Of a stretch of DNA of 64,000 nt, positions 1 through 9,163 are shown one piece after another. The stretch lies in sequence record PP236086.1. One strand, 5' to 3'. The position numbers and the translations under genes were made by a program. The notes under the pieces were generated by a model. That model worked only from the letters and a program-made list of their open reading frames with translations, was not told the origin of the DNA and ran no database searches. Positions within the stretch are counted from its first letter, which is position 1; each line of letters begins with the position of its first letter. The stretch is from Enterobacter phage ZX14.

Positions 1-320
1 CGACCCTGAGTAATAGAGATGAACTTAGAGTTTGCGTTCCAGATGAAAGAAGGTTCTGGCGCTTTAGAAATAGGAGCGATAGTAATATTCACATCACCTG
101 TGATTTGAATTGAACCATCACTTTTAGCAATGAAACGACCACGAGAATCGCGAGCAGGGCCTTTAGAAGCAGGAGCACCTTTAGCGGCTTTAATTACACG
201 ATAAATGGTATCGCGAGACACGCCATAATCATCAGCCAATTCTTGCTGAGTTTTCAGTTTAGCTTTATAAGTTTGAACAATAGACAGCTTTTGATTTGCA
301 TTTAAACATTTAACAGTCAT
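1..320 (-). CDS. rIIB: rIIB-like membrane-associated protein, N-terminal part (gene continues beyond window start)
   Basis: The ATG at 320 on the minus strand is preceded by an AAAGAGAAA RBS. The translation MTVKCLNANQKLSIVQTYKAKLKTQQELADDYGVSRDTIYRV...IWNANSKFISIT matches conserved blocks of the T4 RIIB N-terminus. It lies directly downstream of rIIA, as in T4. Confidence 0.55.
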   Translation of the reverse strand, partial: MTVKCLNANQKLSIVQTYKAKLKTQQELADDYGVSRDTIYRVIKAAKGAPASKGPARDSRGRFIAKSDGSIQITGDVNITIAPISKAPEPSFIWNANSKFISITQG

Positions 321-346
321 TTACAGTTTCTCTTTTTAAAGGGCGA

Positions 347-2530
347 TTACTCACCCATGATTTTTACAATTTCAGCTACAGCATTGCCTTCCATATTATA
401 TCGATTACGCATATATTCGGAGACAACGATATTTTCGCCTTCAAACTTTTTGATACGGTCAGCAGCACGTTTGTCGGCATATTCATTTAACTTACGTACG
501 ATATGCAACCCATTATAAACTTGGTCTTTATGGAGTGGATTCGTGTAAGCAATAATGTTTACTGGGTTCAACCAAGACCTTAATGCAAACAGATTTTTAG
601 CTTCTTTAGAAGTTTTACCAGATTCAGTGAGATACTTCATCAAGAAACTGAGTTCAGGATATTTCTCAATATGTCTGGTGTAATTATAAGCTCGTCCACT
701 TGTAGCAGTATAGTAGTCATAATCAACTTCATCAACCAGCTCTACAAATTTATCACTGATTGCAATCAGCATATCTTGACATTGGTCTAACTTAATAATT
801 TTCTTCTGGAGCTGTGGGCGAACAATATGGAACTCTGTGATACCTAATACATCTGCGCACTGGCAAATACCACCAAAGTTGTTCCATACACCATACTCAG
901 GTTCCATTGATACATAGTTATGGCCATTCTTAAACACTACCCAACCTTCGATATCTTCGGCATCAGCAGCATTGTAGAACAATTCTTCTTCAGCCCATGA
1001 ACCTTCTTTAGTTTTGTACCAACGAACTGCACTTGGTGCTTTTGGCTTAGGCTGATATTCACGCTGAACAACCACTACGTAATCTTCTACAGCAGCAAAG
1101 AATTCAGACGTGTATTTGATAGTTACTGGGTCTTCACCCATTTGAATCAATACGTCAGGTAGAGTGTTCATTTCCAGTTCTGATTCCGGATTCACAAACA
1201 GAATTTCTTCACCACCGTCCGGCAGCCATGGATTCTCTTCAAGAATTTTCTTGGCCTTTTCATCTTTAGACCAACGAATTGCAGCCAGAGCACGAACTGC
1301 AGGCAAACGTTGTTTCTTGCAGTCATCAATGATAATAGTCAAAGATTTACGTTGGGTGCCAAACATATAATTAACACCAATACCACCTCGACCGCCATTA
1401 GACTTCAGACGTTTCATTTTAGGGTCCGAACATACTTCATATACAACACCTGCATCAATGAAACGACTCTTAACATCATACTTAGCATAAAGCTGATTAT
1501 ACGTTCTGCCATTACAAAGTTTCTGATGGGTGTTTTGAAGCATACGGTTTGCATTATAGCCTAGACCACCTACTTCACGAATAACCTTACGTTCGTGGGT
1601 ACTTTCACGCCATTCTTTCAGGTCTTCTTCCATCACGCGTTTATCAAGATTAATAACACGAGATTTGATGTTTGCGATAGTCTGTTCATCAAGTGACAGT
1701 TCTTCACGTGACGCTGCGATATCCAGTTCGCCTAATGGGAACTTAATGAATACGACATCATTACGAGCGCCAACCCAAGTTTCACCAAGACCAGGAACAT
1801 CATTCAATGGATAAACTATAGAACCGTATACAGCAAATAGACCAGAACGTTCTTCATAAGTATAGTCGGTGTCTGGAATTGCATAGTACTCGTCGAATTC
1901 TGGGAAGAAACGTGGCTCAAGTTTAGAACCAACCAGATTTACTTTTGATTCGCCAAATGGGCGAACAACATATTTGATTTCATCTTTCCAACGCTGGATA
2001 TCTGCCGTTTTAACCGGGACCGTAATTTCCAGACCAGTTTTGTCATCTTCTTTCATATCTTCTTCGAACAGAAGACGAATAACAGGTTCGCCATTATCAA
2101 GCATTGCCGTGTAGCCGTACACTTTACCTTCATGATAAGAAACAACGGTAAACGTATCTGTGTAGCTAAATGGAGATTTAGAACCAAGGCCTAATGCACC
2201 GATGAAGTCATTAGAGTTGTTCTTAGTTGATGCAAAGTAAGTCGTGTACAGGTTTTCCAGACCATCTTTAGACAGACCTGGACCGAAGTCACGAATAATG
2301 AAACGTGGGTCCATCTGACCCGGTACGTTAATCTGGAATGCACCTTCAAAGCCATTCAACTTATGGGCGTCAAGACAGTTACATGCCAGCTCGCGAACGA
2401 TTGCACGAATCTTGTTTTTGTAAAGACCAGAAGAAAGGATTTTAAATGCCTTTGCACTTGTGGTGATTTTAAACTTGGTGTTTGCACCCTTACTGCCTAA
2501 TACTACTTCATCATCGCCTTGGATAATCAT
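347..2530 (-). CDS. rIIA: rIIA protein (GHKL-type ATPase domain at N-terminus)
   Basis: 727 aa (T4 RIIA is 725 aa). It has an N-terminal Bergerat-fold motif RELACNCLDAH. It is the first gene of the rIIA-60-39 block, as in T4. Confidence 0.8.
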   Translation of the reverse strand: MIIQGDDEVVLGSKGANTKFKITTSAKAFKILSSGLYKNKIRAIVRELACNCLDAHKLNGFEGAFQINVPGQMDPRFIIRDFGPGLSKDGLENLYTTYFASTKNNSNDFIGALGLGSKSPFSYTDTFTVVSYHEGKVYGYTAMLDNGEPVIRLLFEEDMKEDDKTGLEITVPVKTADIQRWKDEIKYVVRPFGESKVNLVGSKLEPRFFPEFDEYYAIPDTDYTYEERSGLFAVYGSIVYPLNDVPGLGETWVGARNDVVFIKFPLGELDIAASREELSLDEQTIANIKSRVINLDKRVMEEDLKEWRESTHERKVIREVGGLGYNANRMLQNTHQKLCNGRTYNQLYAKYDVKSRFIDAGVVYEVCSDPKMKRLKSNGGRGGIGVNYMFGTQRKSLTIIIDDCKKQRLPAVRALAAIRWSKDEKAKKILEENPWLPDGGEEILFVNPESELEMNTLPDVLIQMGEDPVTIKYTSEFFAAVEDYVVVVQREYQPKPKAPSAVRWYKTKEGSWAEEELFYNAADAEDIEGWVVFKNGHNYVSMEPEYGVWNNFGGICQCADVLGITEFHIVRPQLQKKIIKLDQCQDMLIAISDKFVELVDEVDYDYYTATSGRAYNYTRHIEKYPELSFLMKYLTESGKTSKEAKNLFALRSWLNPVNIIAYTNPLHKDQVYNGLHIVRKLNEYADKRAADRIKKFEGENIVVSEYMRNRYNMEGNAVAEIVKIMGE

Positions 2531-2542
2531 ATTAATTTAGTC

Positions 2543-2842
2543 TCATTCACAATGTTTTTTGATAAGTTCTGCTACTTGAAGAAGTTCATCTTTAGTAGCG
2601 GTGTTTTTAAGTATTTTATTACGAATTTCTTTGAAGCATAACTTAAACTCAATGGCCAAGTCGATATCAAAGAAACGTTCTAGAATTCTATATTCACGGA
2701 AAACAGCGTCATCAAATAATTCCAGATTGACATTATAACTTCGCATTTGGTAATACCTCATGTTGCTTATACTCAAGAGTAGAACCAATTTCACGAAGTA
2801 TCTTACGCATGTTACCCATGGAAGCTTTGTGAGTTTGGTCAT
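2543..2842 (-). CDS. hypothetical small protein (rIIA.1 position); probable start at internal Met near 2746
   Basis: ORF in the minus-strand operon. Its long form overlaps the upstream ORF in another frame, so an internal start (MRSYNVNL) is more likely. No motif recognised. Confidence 0.3.
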   Translation of the reverse strand: MTKLTKLPWVTCVRYFVKLVLLLSISNMRYYQMRSYNVNLELFDDAVFREYRILERFFDIDLAIEFKLCFKEIRNKILKNTATKDELLQVAELIKKHCE

Positions 2843-3050
2843 GATAAATCAAGTTCAGAACGCTCTCCTGTTGTTCAGGAGTGAGCGCCTGGTTGTTTTT
2901 AATTTGAACGGCAATAGATTTAACAGCCTGAGCATACGCGCGCTTCCTGTCGGCGTCGTGCGTGCTATTCTTGGCCTTACGTATTCCAGCCTCCATCACT
3001 ACCAAAGCAAGGTTATCTAAATTAACCATGCTATTGTCAGACATAACCAT
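2733..3050 (-). CDS. hypothetical protein, 105 aa
   Basis: ORF with T4-like codon usage between rIIA and the topoisomerase gene. No motif recognised. Confidence 0.4.
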   Translation of the reverse strand: MVMSDNSMVNLDNLALVVMEAGIRKAKNSTHDADRKRAYAQAVKSIAVQIKNNQALTPEQQESVLNLIYHDQTHKASMGNMRKILREIGSTLEYKQHEVLPNAKL

Positions 3051-3107
3051 AAACCGTTCCTATACAAAAATGGGATGTAGCTATTACACCACATCCCTTA
3101 GAAAGCA

Positions 3108-3284
3108 TTAATGGCTTAATGGACCCCATCCGCCTTCAATTTTATAAGCTTGCCCACGAACTTTAGTTAATGAACCATCCGGGTTTTCTACTGAAATAGT
3201 AACATATTGAGCAAAGAGAGGTTTCTCTTCAGCCCAAAGATAACCAAATTCACCAGTAGCTAAAGTAATCCAATATTGTTTCAT
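3108..3284 (-). CDS. hypothetical protein, 58 aa (not in supplied ORF track)
   Basis: ATG at 3284 with an AAGGAG RBS. Upstream there is a T4 late-promoter-like TATAAATA (rc of 3311-3318) and a hairpin tacgagg..cctcgta at 3298-3319. Translation MKQYWITLATGEFGYLWAEEKPLFAQYVTISVENPDGSLTKVRGQAYKIEGGWGPLSH. Confidence 0.3.
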   Translation of the reverse strand: MKQYWITLATGEFGYLWAEEKPLFAQYVTISVENPDGSLTKVRGQAYKIEGGWGPLSH

Positions 3285-3336
3285 ATGAGCTCCTTATTAC
3301 GAGGCAAAAATACCTCGTATTATTTATAACAGAACT

Positions 3337-5178
3337 TTAACTCATCCAAACTTTACGTGGAGCCGGGTCTTTACCTAACAACATCTCGAATTGTTCTTTC
3401 CAATCATCCGGAAGTTGAACAACATCATACTTAGGATTCATAATCATCTGCTTATATTCAGATTTCTGAAGTGAACCAAGTCCTTTGATGTATCGAATAG
3501 AATGTTTAGGTAATTTGTCTTTAGCCGCTTCATATTCAGGTAGATCATAGAACCATTTTTGTTCTTTACCAATCTGAGCAATGATAACAGGAGTTTTAAC
3601 AAATCGTACTCGACCTTCTTTATAAAGCTGTGGCCATTGGGTAAAGAATGCAAGCAGTGATGGATAAATTGAACCGGTTCCATCGACATCAGCATCAGTC
3701 ATGATAGCAATATTGCGATAACCCATCGAGCTGATATCTTCATCACCAATCGTCAGACCTGTGATAGCACAGATATCAAAAGCTTCTTTGTTCTTCATGA
3801 TATCAACACCAGACATACCCCATGTGTTCATGAACTTACCACGTAATGGATAACCACCATGCAGTTCACGGTCACGGACTTCAATCAGATAGCCAATTGC
3901 TGAATCGCCTTCCGTCAAGAACAATGTTGTGTCAGCATCTTTACCATAAAGGTTTGCTTTAATATGCTTTTGAACTTTTGCTTTAGCAGCTTTCTTATTG
4001 GCTTTAGTTTCAGCAGCCTTTTCGGCGGCTAATTTACGAGCCAATGCAGCTTCAACGATAGGCATAATAAGGCCTTCGTCTTTCAAAATAGCATTAGCAA
4101 TTTTCTTAGCATCAATTTGAATATGAGCACGAATTTCACCGAACGGCGAAGTCAGACGTTCTTTAGTCTGAGAATCGAAACGCATGTTGCTCATATCACG
4201 AATGAACATCAGCATCGTCATACATTCTTTAACACGTGCTTTACTTACTTCGATGCCTTTATATTTCTTCTTAATACCTGGCAGAAGATGTTCACAGATA
4301 TCATCGAAAACACATTCAACATGATGACCGCCGTTTTTAGTATGAATGTTGTTCACATAAGTCAGATGACGGAAACCATCAGGGCTAGTAGCAAAAGACA
4401 TCGATACTTTATCTGTCTCTTGAATTACAACATTTTCACCAAACTGTTTAGCAAACTTCTTAAAGTTGCCATCTACTTTCTTACCACAGAAGGTGAATTG
4501 AATATCAGGGAAAACTACTGCCAGAGTTTGAAGGCGGTCTAAAGTAATATCACGGTAAACTTCACTGAAGCCGTTTGTTTCAAAATGGCTGAAATCTGGA
4601 ATGAAAGAAACAATTGTACCAGTCTTAGCTTTAACAAATTCTTTCTTAGAAGCCGGAACAATATCCCAACTTTTATTTTCCATACCATTAGAGCAACGTA
4701 CTACAATCTCATTCTTACCATCACAGGTGGCGCCTGCGAACGTTACTGAGAAGATATTAGTTAAACTACTGCCAACACCGTTCATGCCACCTGTCTTACG
4801 TTCAGCGTCATCGCCAAAGTTACCGCCAGCTTTTGGAATAGTCCATGCTGCTACAGGACCTGGAAGTTCAGCACCGGTTTGGTCGACAACCATCGCTTGA
4901 GGAATGCCACGCCCGTTGTCTTCGACGATAACTTTATTGCCTTTAAAATCTACATCTATTTTGTTTGCAAATTTAAAATTGGTACGAATGGCTTCATCGA
5001 CAGAGTTATCAATAATTTCATCAATTAGTTTTACCAACCCTGGGACATAAGTTACTGATTGGAATTTACCAAATAGAAAACGCTCGTGCGCTTCATTTGC
5101 ACTAGAGCCGATGTACATCCCACTACGCTTTTTAATATGTTCAACGTCAGACAATACTTTAATTTCGTTCTTAATCAT
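3337..5178 (-). CDS. 39: DNA topoisomerase II large subunit, GyrB-like (gp39 fused with gp60 region)
   Basis: 613 aa. It has a GHKL ATPase N-domain (EIIDNSVDEA, DNGRGIP) and a TOPRIM region (LFLTEGDSA, IMTDADVDG). Its length fits the fused 39+60 seen in T2/T6/RB69-type phages rather than the split T4 39 (516 aa) plus 60 (160 aa). Confidence 0.9.
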   Translation of the reverse strand: MIKNEIKVLSDVEHIKKRSGMYIGSSANEAHERFLFGKFQSVTYVPGLVKLIDEIIDNSVDEAIRTNFKFANKIDVDFKGNKVIVEDNGRGIPQAMVVDQTGAELPGPVAAWTIPKAGGNFGDDAERKTGGMNGVGSSLTNIFSVTFAGATCDGKNEIVVRCSNGMENKSWDIVPASKKEFVKAKTGTIVSFIPDFSHFETNGFSEVYRDITLDRLQTLAVVFPDIQFTFCGKKVDGNFKKFAKQFGENVVIQETDKVSMSFATSPDGFRHLTYVNNIHTKNGGHHVECVFDDICEHLLPGIKKKYKGIEVSKARVKECMTMLMFIRDMSNMRFDSQTKERLTSPFGEIRAHIQIDAKKIANAILKDEGLIMPIVEAALARKLAAEKAAETKANKKAAKAKVQKHIKANLYGKDADTTLFLTEGDSAIGYLIEVRDRELHGGYPLRGKFMNTWGMSGVDIMKNKEAFDICAITGLTIGDEDISSMGYRNIAIMTDADVDGTGSIYPSLLAFFTQWPQLYKEGRVRFVKTPVIIAQIGKEQKWFYDLPEYEAAKDKLPKHSIRYIKGLGSLQKSEYKQMIMNPKYDVVQLPDDWKEQFEMLLGKDPAPRKVWMS

Positions 5179-5238
5179 TTCATTTCCTCATGTAGTAGGA
5201 GAATAATATCCCATCTCATTAAAAGCAGAAAAGGAGCA

Positions 5239-5460
5239 CTAGGCTCCCTTACATTTTTTGCATCGTGAATCATGCCATTGTGCAGCAGACATCCCAGAAG
5301 CTAGATAAGCACGGAATTCTTTCTTCGCTTCACGTTTTTGCTTATCTGTCATTGGAACCGGTCGATAATACGAAGATGCTTTACCACTTACTTTCATAGT
5401 GAAAATAAATGCTGCACTTCCGTTATATGGATGTTTACCATATGATTCATCAATTTTCAT
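5239..5460 (-). CDS. hypothetical protein, 73 aa
   Basis: ORF downstream of gene 39. The C-terminus contains CKKCKG. No confident family. Confidence 0.4.
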   Translation of the reverse strand: MKIDESYGKHPYNGSAAFIFTMKVSGKASSYYRPVPMTDKQKREAKKEFRAYLASGMSAAQWHDSRCKKCKGA

Positions 5461-5723
5461 TATTCGAACCTGATAGTAGAGTTCTTAAAGAACATACCAG
5501 AGCAAACAGCACCTTTAACAGGAATGCCTGTAGGGCCTTTAGCTGTGAAACCTGTAGAGAAAGTATCTTTATCAGAACAACTCAACCAAGCGTAGCCGGT
5601 AAACTGAATTTCAGTAAAGCCATTTGCTTTGAGAATTCGTTCGGCCCCAACTTCGTCAGTGCATCCTGTCAGAATACCGATAGACAGAACAGCAGCAATC
5701 AAACCCATTACAAATACTTTCAT
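5460..5723 (-). CDS. putative lipoprotein, 87 aa
   Basis: Hydrophobic N-terminus with a lipobox (LTGC). Confidence 0.5.
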   Translation of the reverse strand: MKVFVMGLIAAVLSIGILTGCTDEVGAERILKANGFTEIQFTGYAWLSCSDKDTFSTGFTAKGPTGIPVKGAVCSGMFFKNSTIRFE

Positions 5724-5814
5724 TTTTTAGTTACCTTAATAATTTTACCGCTGTGTAGTTTAATAACCCGGCTTTCGCCGGATTTCATAAAACGAATACG
5801 TGGACGGGTACCCA

Positions 5815-5991
5815 TTAGTAATCACCACTTTTGAGACCATCATAATGAACCGCAGGAGCAGAAACGATACGCTTCATTTGCCCTTCACAATTCAAGAACT
5901 TACATTCGTGTGGATTGTCGCGCTCAGAAATCTTAACATTCTTTTCTGATTTTTCACCACATGCTTCACATTGATAATCATACAGAGGCAT
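5815..5991 (-). CDS. FmdB-family zinc-ribbon protein, 58 aa (not in ORF track)
   Basis: MPLYDYQCEACGEK....HECKFLNCEG: a CxxC...CxxC zinc ribbon with the characteristic MP(I/L)Y(D/E)Y.C..CG start. RBS upstream. Confidence 0.4.
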   Translation of the reverse strand: MPLYDYQCEACGEKSEKNVKISERDNPHECKFLNCEGQMKRIVSAPAVHYDGLKSGDY

Positions 5992-6385
5992 CTTTTAGTC
6001 CTTGTAACATAATAATTGCAGCGTGAACTTCTTCCATTGTAGTAATGGTCAGACGAATTTCAGGAATCTTATGGATTCTGTTAAATTGTTCTAAGTCGCT
6101 CGTATCGCTTGAAGTATTACCGTATTCTCTAAGGAAAGCGGCTTCACCTTTAGTAAGGTGGCATGAATGATCAGCACCATATTTGTGGGCAATTTCTGCC
6201 GCGGTGAATGTGTTACCAGACATATCTTCAAAATACGCATATATGCCTTCGCTTGGGCTCAGTTTAGGTTTAAACGGGCCAATGTCATCAAAAATTTTAA
6301 TTAAATTTTTATTGGCTGCACACTGAATCATGAATCCTTCACGGTCGCCGATAACATAGAATTTATTAGGGTCTAAAGTTGTCAT
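5978..6385 (-). CDS. hypothetical protein, 135 aa
   Basis: ORF in the 39-dexA intergenic accessory block. No motif recognised. Confidence 0.5.
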   Translation of the reverse strand: MTTLDPNKFYVIGDREGFMIQCAANKNLIKIFDDIGPFKPKLSPSEGIYAYFEDMSGNTFTAAEIAHKYGADHSCHLTKGEAAFLREYGNTSSDTSDLEQFNRIHKIPEIRLTITTMEEVHAAIIMLQGLKDASV

Positions 6386-7182
6386 TTGAACACCATATTA
6401 GTTAACATTTCGATAGCTTTAAGACGAGATACTTCATCTTCAACTACAAAGCGAATTTTACCTTTGACTTCAACCTTTGACTGGATTTCGCAGACAGTTT
6501 CTTCAGACTCATCTACTACACCATAGTCCTGCTCAGGCTGTTCAATTTCCCCACATAACTTAAACCGCTCACTACGTTTAGGTAATTCATCTGTAATATT
6601 ATTACCACGAATAAAACCTGAAATGATAGGACGTTTCCATTCTTCAAAATGGATAATTTCGTCTTCAGTCAAAGTGAAATTCAGGTAGCAGAATTTAGCG
6701 CGATCAGCAGGGTCAACATATTTCAAACGCGTTGTTTTAACATCATAACTTGACCCTAAACAGACGCTTTCAACGATAAATGGGTTATAGCCGATTTCGC
6801 GTAAGAAATTCATATTGATAGAAGAACTTCTTTTCAATTCTAAAGCATCTTTTAGTTGATAAGCGGCATTAACACACCAGACCTTGTCAAAAGCAACTTT
6901 AAAATAAGTACCCTCATTAACCGCATCTAAATGCAAAAAATCTGTTTCACCTGCGTGGTTAACTACTCTCTGAGCGTTACCATAATCGTCTACTTCAATA
7001 ACTTTAAAAGGATGAGTTCCTACAAAGTTAGCGAACACACGATTATCAGTACAGCGCTGCATGAATAAAGCACGGTCGTGTGTGCTTTTAAAATTATAGT
7101 AATAGCCTTCAGTGAACTTATGCATTGTAAACTTCCTTCCAGTAATGAGCTCCATCTTCGGTGATTTCTTGGAATACACCAT
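6382..7182 (-). CDS. hypothetical protein, up to 266 aa (start possibly MELITGRK or MHKFTEGY)
   Basis: Long ORF whose stop overlaps the next start. No motif recognised. Confidence 0.5.
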   Translation of the reverse strand: MVYSKKSPKMELITGRKFTMHKFTEGYYYNFKSTHDRALFMQRCTDNRVFANFVGTHPFKVIEVDDYGNAQRVVNHAGETDFLHLDAVNEGTYFKVAFDKVWCVNAAYQLKDALELKRSSSINMNFLREIGYNPFIVESVCLGSSYDVKTTRLKYVDPADRAKFCYLNFTLTEDEIIHFEEWKRPIISGFIRGNNITDELPKRSERFKLCGEIEQPEQDYGVVDESEETVCEIQSKVEVKGKIRFVVEDEVSRLKAIEMLTNMVFK

Positions 7183-7339
7183 ACAGAGGAATTTTTGATT
7201 CTACAGTTTCATATACATAGAAAACCGTAGTATGACTTAAATGGTCATTCCAGCTTTTTTCAACAACGACCAAGTCATTAGCATAACGAACATCGTCAAA
7301 CTGACCGCCGGTGATGTTTAAAGTAGTTTTAGCTTTCAT
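7118..7339 (-). CDS. hypothetical protein, 74 aa
   Basis: ATG at 7339 with a GAGGAAAAC RBS, immediately downstream of the PeSL-type early promoter at 7355-7401. Confidence 0.4.
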   Translation of the reverse strand: MKAKTTLNITGGQFDDVRYANDLVVVEKSWNDHLSHTTVFYVYETVESKIPLYGVFQEITEDGAHYWKEVYNA

Positions 7340-7354
7340 TTTGTTTTCCTCTCG

Positions 7355-7401
7355 TTTGTTGGTGTAGGAACATAGTATCATGAACCTACACCGTTGTAAA
7401 C
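7355..7401 (-). promoter_or_regulatory. early promoter embedded in inverted repeat (PeSL-like)
   Basis: On the minus strand, GTTTAC (rc of 7396-7401) is followed by a 17-nt spacer and a TAnnAT -10 box. The IR ggtgtagg (7361-7368) / cctacacc (7385-7392) flanks the -10. Confidence 0.55.
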
Positions 7402-7413
7402 ACTTATTTTCGA

Positions 7414-7863
7414 TTAACGAACTTTCAGAATTCCAGCTACGCAGCTACGTGGCACGACAGTGAAATCACCTGCATGAACAACGTTAAGCAGTTCTACGCC
7501 GTCTTCAATCCACTGGTCAGAAACCCAGCCACAAGTACGGGAGCGGAATGGAGTTTCAAAACAAACTGCTTTAGTAAGCAGATCGGTTGGGTCTTTGATA
7601 ATCAGTGGCTTAATCTGAGTCAGATACATATGAGCCACATCTTCATCGACAACATAACCACCTATTTTAGACGGATATTTGCTTGTAGGGGCATCAGAGC
7701 CAATGACTTCAGTCACGTGTTCAGGTTTAACATAACCGACAACGCCAAAGTCTGTACGAACTTTATAACCATCACGAGTAGAAGTACCGACTACAGTACC
7801 GGTTTCGCCAGCAATTTTAGAGCCAGACAGGAAAGATACGTATACACGAGAACCAATTTTCAT
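7414..7863 (-). CDS. hypothetical protein, 149 aa
   Basis: ORF with no recognised motif. Confidence 0.5.
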   Translation of the reverse strand: MKIGSRVYVSFLSGSKIAGETGTVVGTSTRDGYKVRTDFGVVGYVKPEHVTEVIGSDAPTSKYPSKIGGYVVDEDVAHMYLTQIKPLIIKDPTDLLTKAVCFETPFRSRTCGWVSDQWIEDGVELLNVVHAGDFTVVPRSCVAGILKVR

Positions 7864-7872
7864 AATAACACC

Positions 7873-8433
7873 TTAAAATAAAATAAAATCAACTTGAACA
7901 GCATCAGCACGTTTGAACATAACCTGGCTGTCACCGAGTAGAACACTATTATCATCCACTTCGTATATAGCAAGATAGTAACCTTTATTACGAAGTGAAT
8001 CAAAATCACAATCATCAAACCACTTGTAGAAATGGCCTTCAGTTTCGAAACCAAAGTAATACTCTTTGTGCCATCTCTTAGGCAGCTCAAATTGGTCCTC
8101 TACATTATAACGACTTACCGCAGAGGCCATCAGCTTTTTATCAGCACCCGGAGGTGGGCGATTGAAAGCACCTTTAGAATTAACGATGTGTCTGAAATTA
8201 CCTTCTTCGATACCGTGTTTGTCCATCCAAAGAATCGTATCTTCAGAATTGTCAGCGCCTGCCCAACCATATGGTGAACGAGGTTCTTTGTTCCATGATG
8301 GTTTATGTTCAAACTGACCTTGGACCGTAGTCCAACCGCCAGATGGGCAACGTTCAAATTTGAGTTGACGAATATCTTCACGACGAGTACAGAATTTTCT
8401 TTCAACACGATAGATAAGCATGATGACCTCCAT
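7873..8433 (-). CDS. hypothetical protein, 186 aa (182 aa if started at second ATG 8421)
   Basis: Leader ATGGAGGTCATCATGCT. The GGAGG within the first codons acts as the SD for the second ATG. It is preceded by a PeSL-like promoter. Confidence 0.5.
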   Translation of the reverse strand: MEVIMLIYRVERKFCTRREDIRQLKFERCPSGGWTTVQGQFEHKPSWNKEPRSPYGWAGADNSEDTILWMDKHGIEEGNFRHIVNSKGAFNRPPPGADKKLMASAVSRYNVEDQFELPKRWHKEYYFGFETEGHFYKWFDDCDFDSLRNKGYYLAIYEVDDNSVLLGDSQVMFKRADAVQVDFILF

Positions 8434-8477
8434 TAGTAAGTGAGGTCATCATATCATGCTCTAAAGTGGTTGTAAAC
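8421..8477 (-). promoter_or_regulatory. early promoter plus SD-sequestering hairpin (PeSL-like)
   Basis: GTTTAC (rc of 8472-8477). The perfect IR tgatgacctc (8421-8430) / gaggtcatca (8442-8451) includes the GGAGG RBS and the start codon. Confidence 0.5.
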
Positions 8478-9163
8478 TACCCACGTGAAACAGGCAGAGA
8501 ACGCGGGTCGACATTATCACCTTCAGGACATTCGTCAAGACCCATGGCATATCGCTGAGCAAACTTAAGCATCAGAATATCTTTAGCACAGTCATGAACT
8601 GAGTCGTGTGCCACAAAGCCATCTAGTGTGCCTTGAACCATTGGAGTAGTCGAAAGACCACGAACCATAGCGTATGCTTCAATTGCAGTTCGGATATCAC
8701 GCTGGTTCCAGAACTTCACAGGTTCTTGGTGGAACGTATCAATATCTTCTTCAGCAACACCATCAACACGATAAAGGTCACGAATCAAGTCAACCAGAAT
8801 TGGGAAGTCGAATGACATACCACGACACCAGGCCTGGGATTTCCATGCGTCAACATCGTTTTCACGACAATAATCCAGGAACTGCTTAATGCCTTCAAGA
8901 GTTGTCACATCATCTTCAGTAGGAGCCAAGTTAGCACGAGCTTCTGCAGATTGTTCTTTCCACCATTTTACAGTGCTCTTACCGAAAAGACGTTGGCCTT
9001 TCTGTTCGGCCAGTTTAAATTTGATACGTTTACCACGATTTACTAAAGTGTCAAAACTTTCTACTTTAGAAGGGTCTGGGTCAAAAGCAATAACAGCCAA
9101 GTCAATGACTGCTGCTTTGCTTACGTTACCAAACGTTTCAAAGTCAATAATTATATCTTTCAT
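8477..9163 (-). CDS. dexA: exonuclease A (DEDDh 3'-5' exonuclease)
   Basis: 228 aa (T4 DexA is 227 aa). MKDIIIDFETFGN...AAVIDLAVIAFDP (Exo I motif), HDSVHDCAKD (Exo III). Synteny with dda. Confidence 0.85.
   Translation of the reverse strand: MKDIIIDFETFGNVSKAAVIDLAVIAFDPDPSKVESFDTLVNRGKRIKFKLAEQKGQRLFGKSTVKWWKEQSAEARANLAPTEDDVTTLEGIKQFLDYCRENDVDAWKSQAWCRGMSFDFPILVDLIRDLYRVDGVAEEDIDTFHQEPVKFWNQRDIRTAIEAYAMVRGLSTTPMVQGTLDGFVAHDSVHDCAKDILMLKFAQRYAMGLDECPEGDNVDPRSLPVSRG

Noticed and set aside
347-2530. N-terminal GHKL ATPase motif suggested a MORC/defence-type ATPase
   Set aside because: The length (727 aa), its position before the 39 topoisomerase gene, and the rIIB-like ORF downstream identify it as rIIA, whose GHKL-like N-domain is known.
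2543-2842. Full-length 99-aa ORF overlapping 2733-3050 by 110 nt
   Set aside because: The overlap is in a different frame. An internal Met (MRSYNVNL) gives a 67-aa product with minimal overlap, so the long form is unlikely.
4117-4542. Plus-strand ORFs antisense to core genes (for example 4117-4542, 9429-9698, 14500-14742, 22607-22900, 34002-34490, 52658-53107)
   Set aside because: They lie entirely within well-supported minus-strand genes, lack RBSs and have atypical composition, so they are artefacts of AT-rich coding sequence. Only the plus-strand ORF at 17195 has promoter and RBS support.
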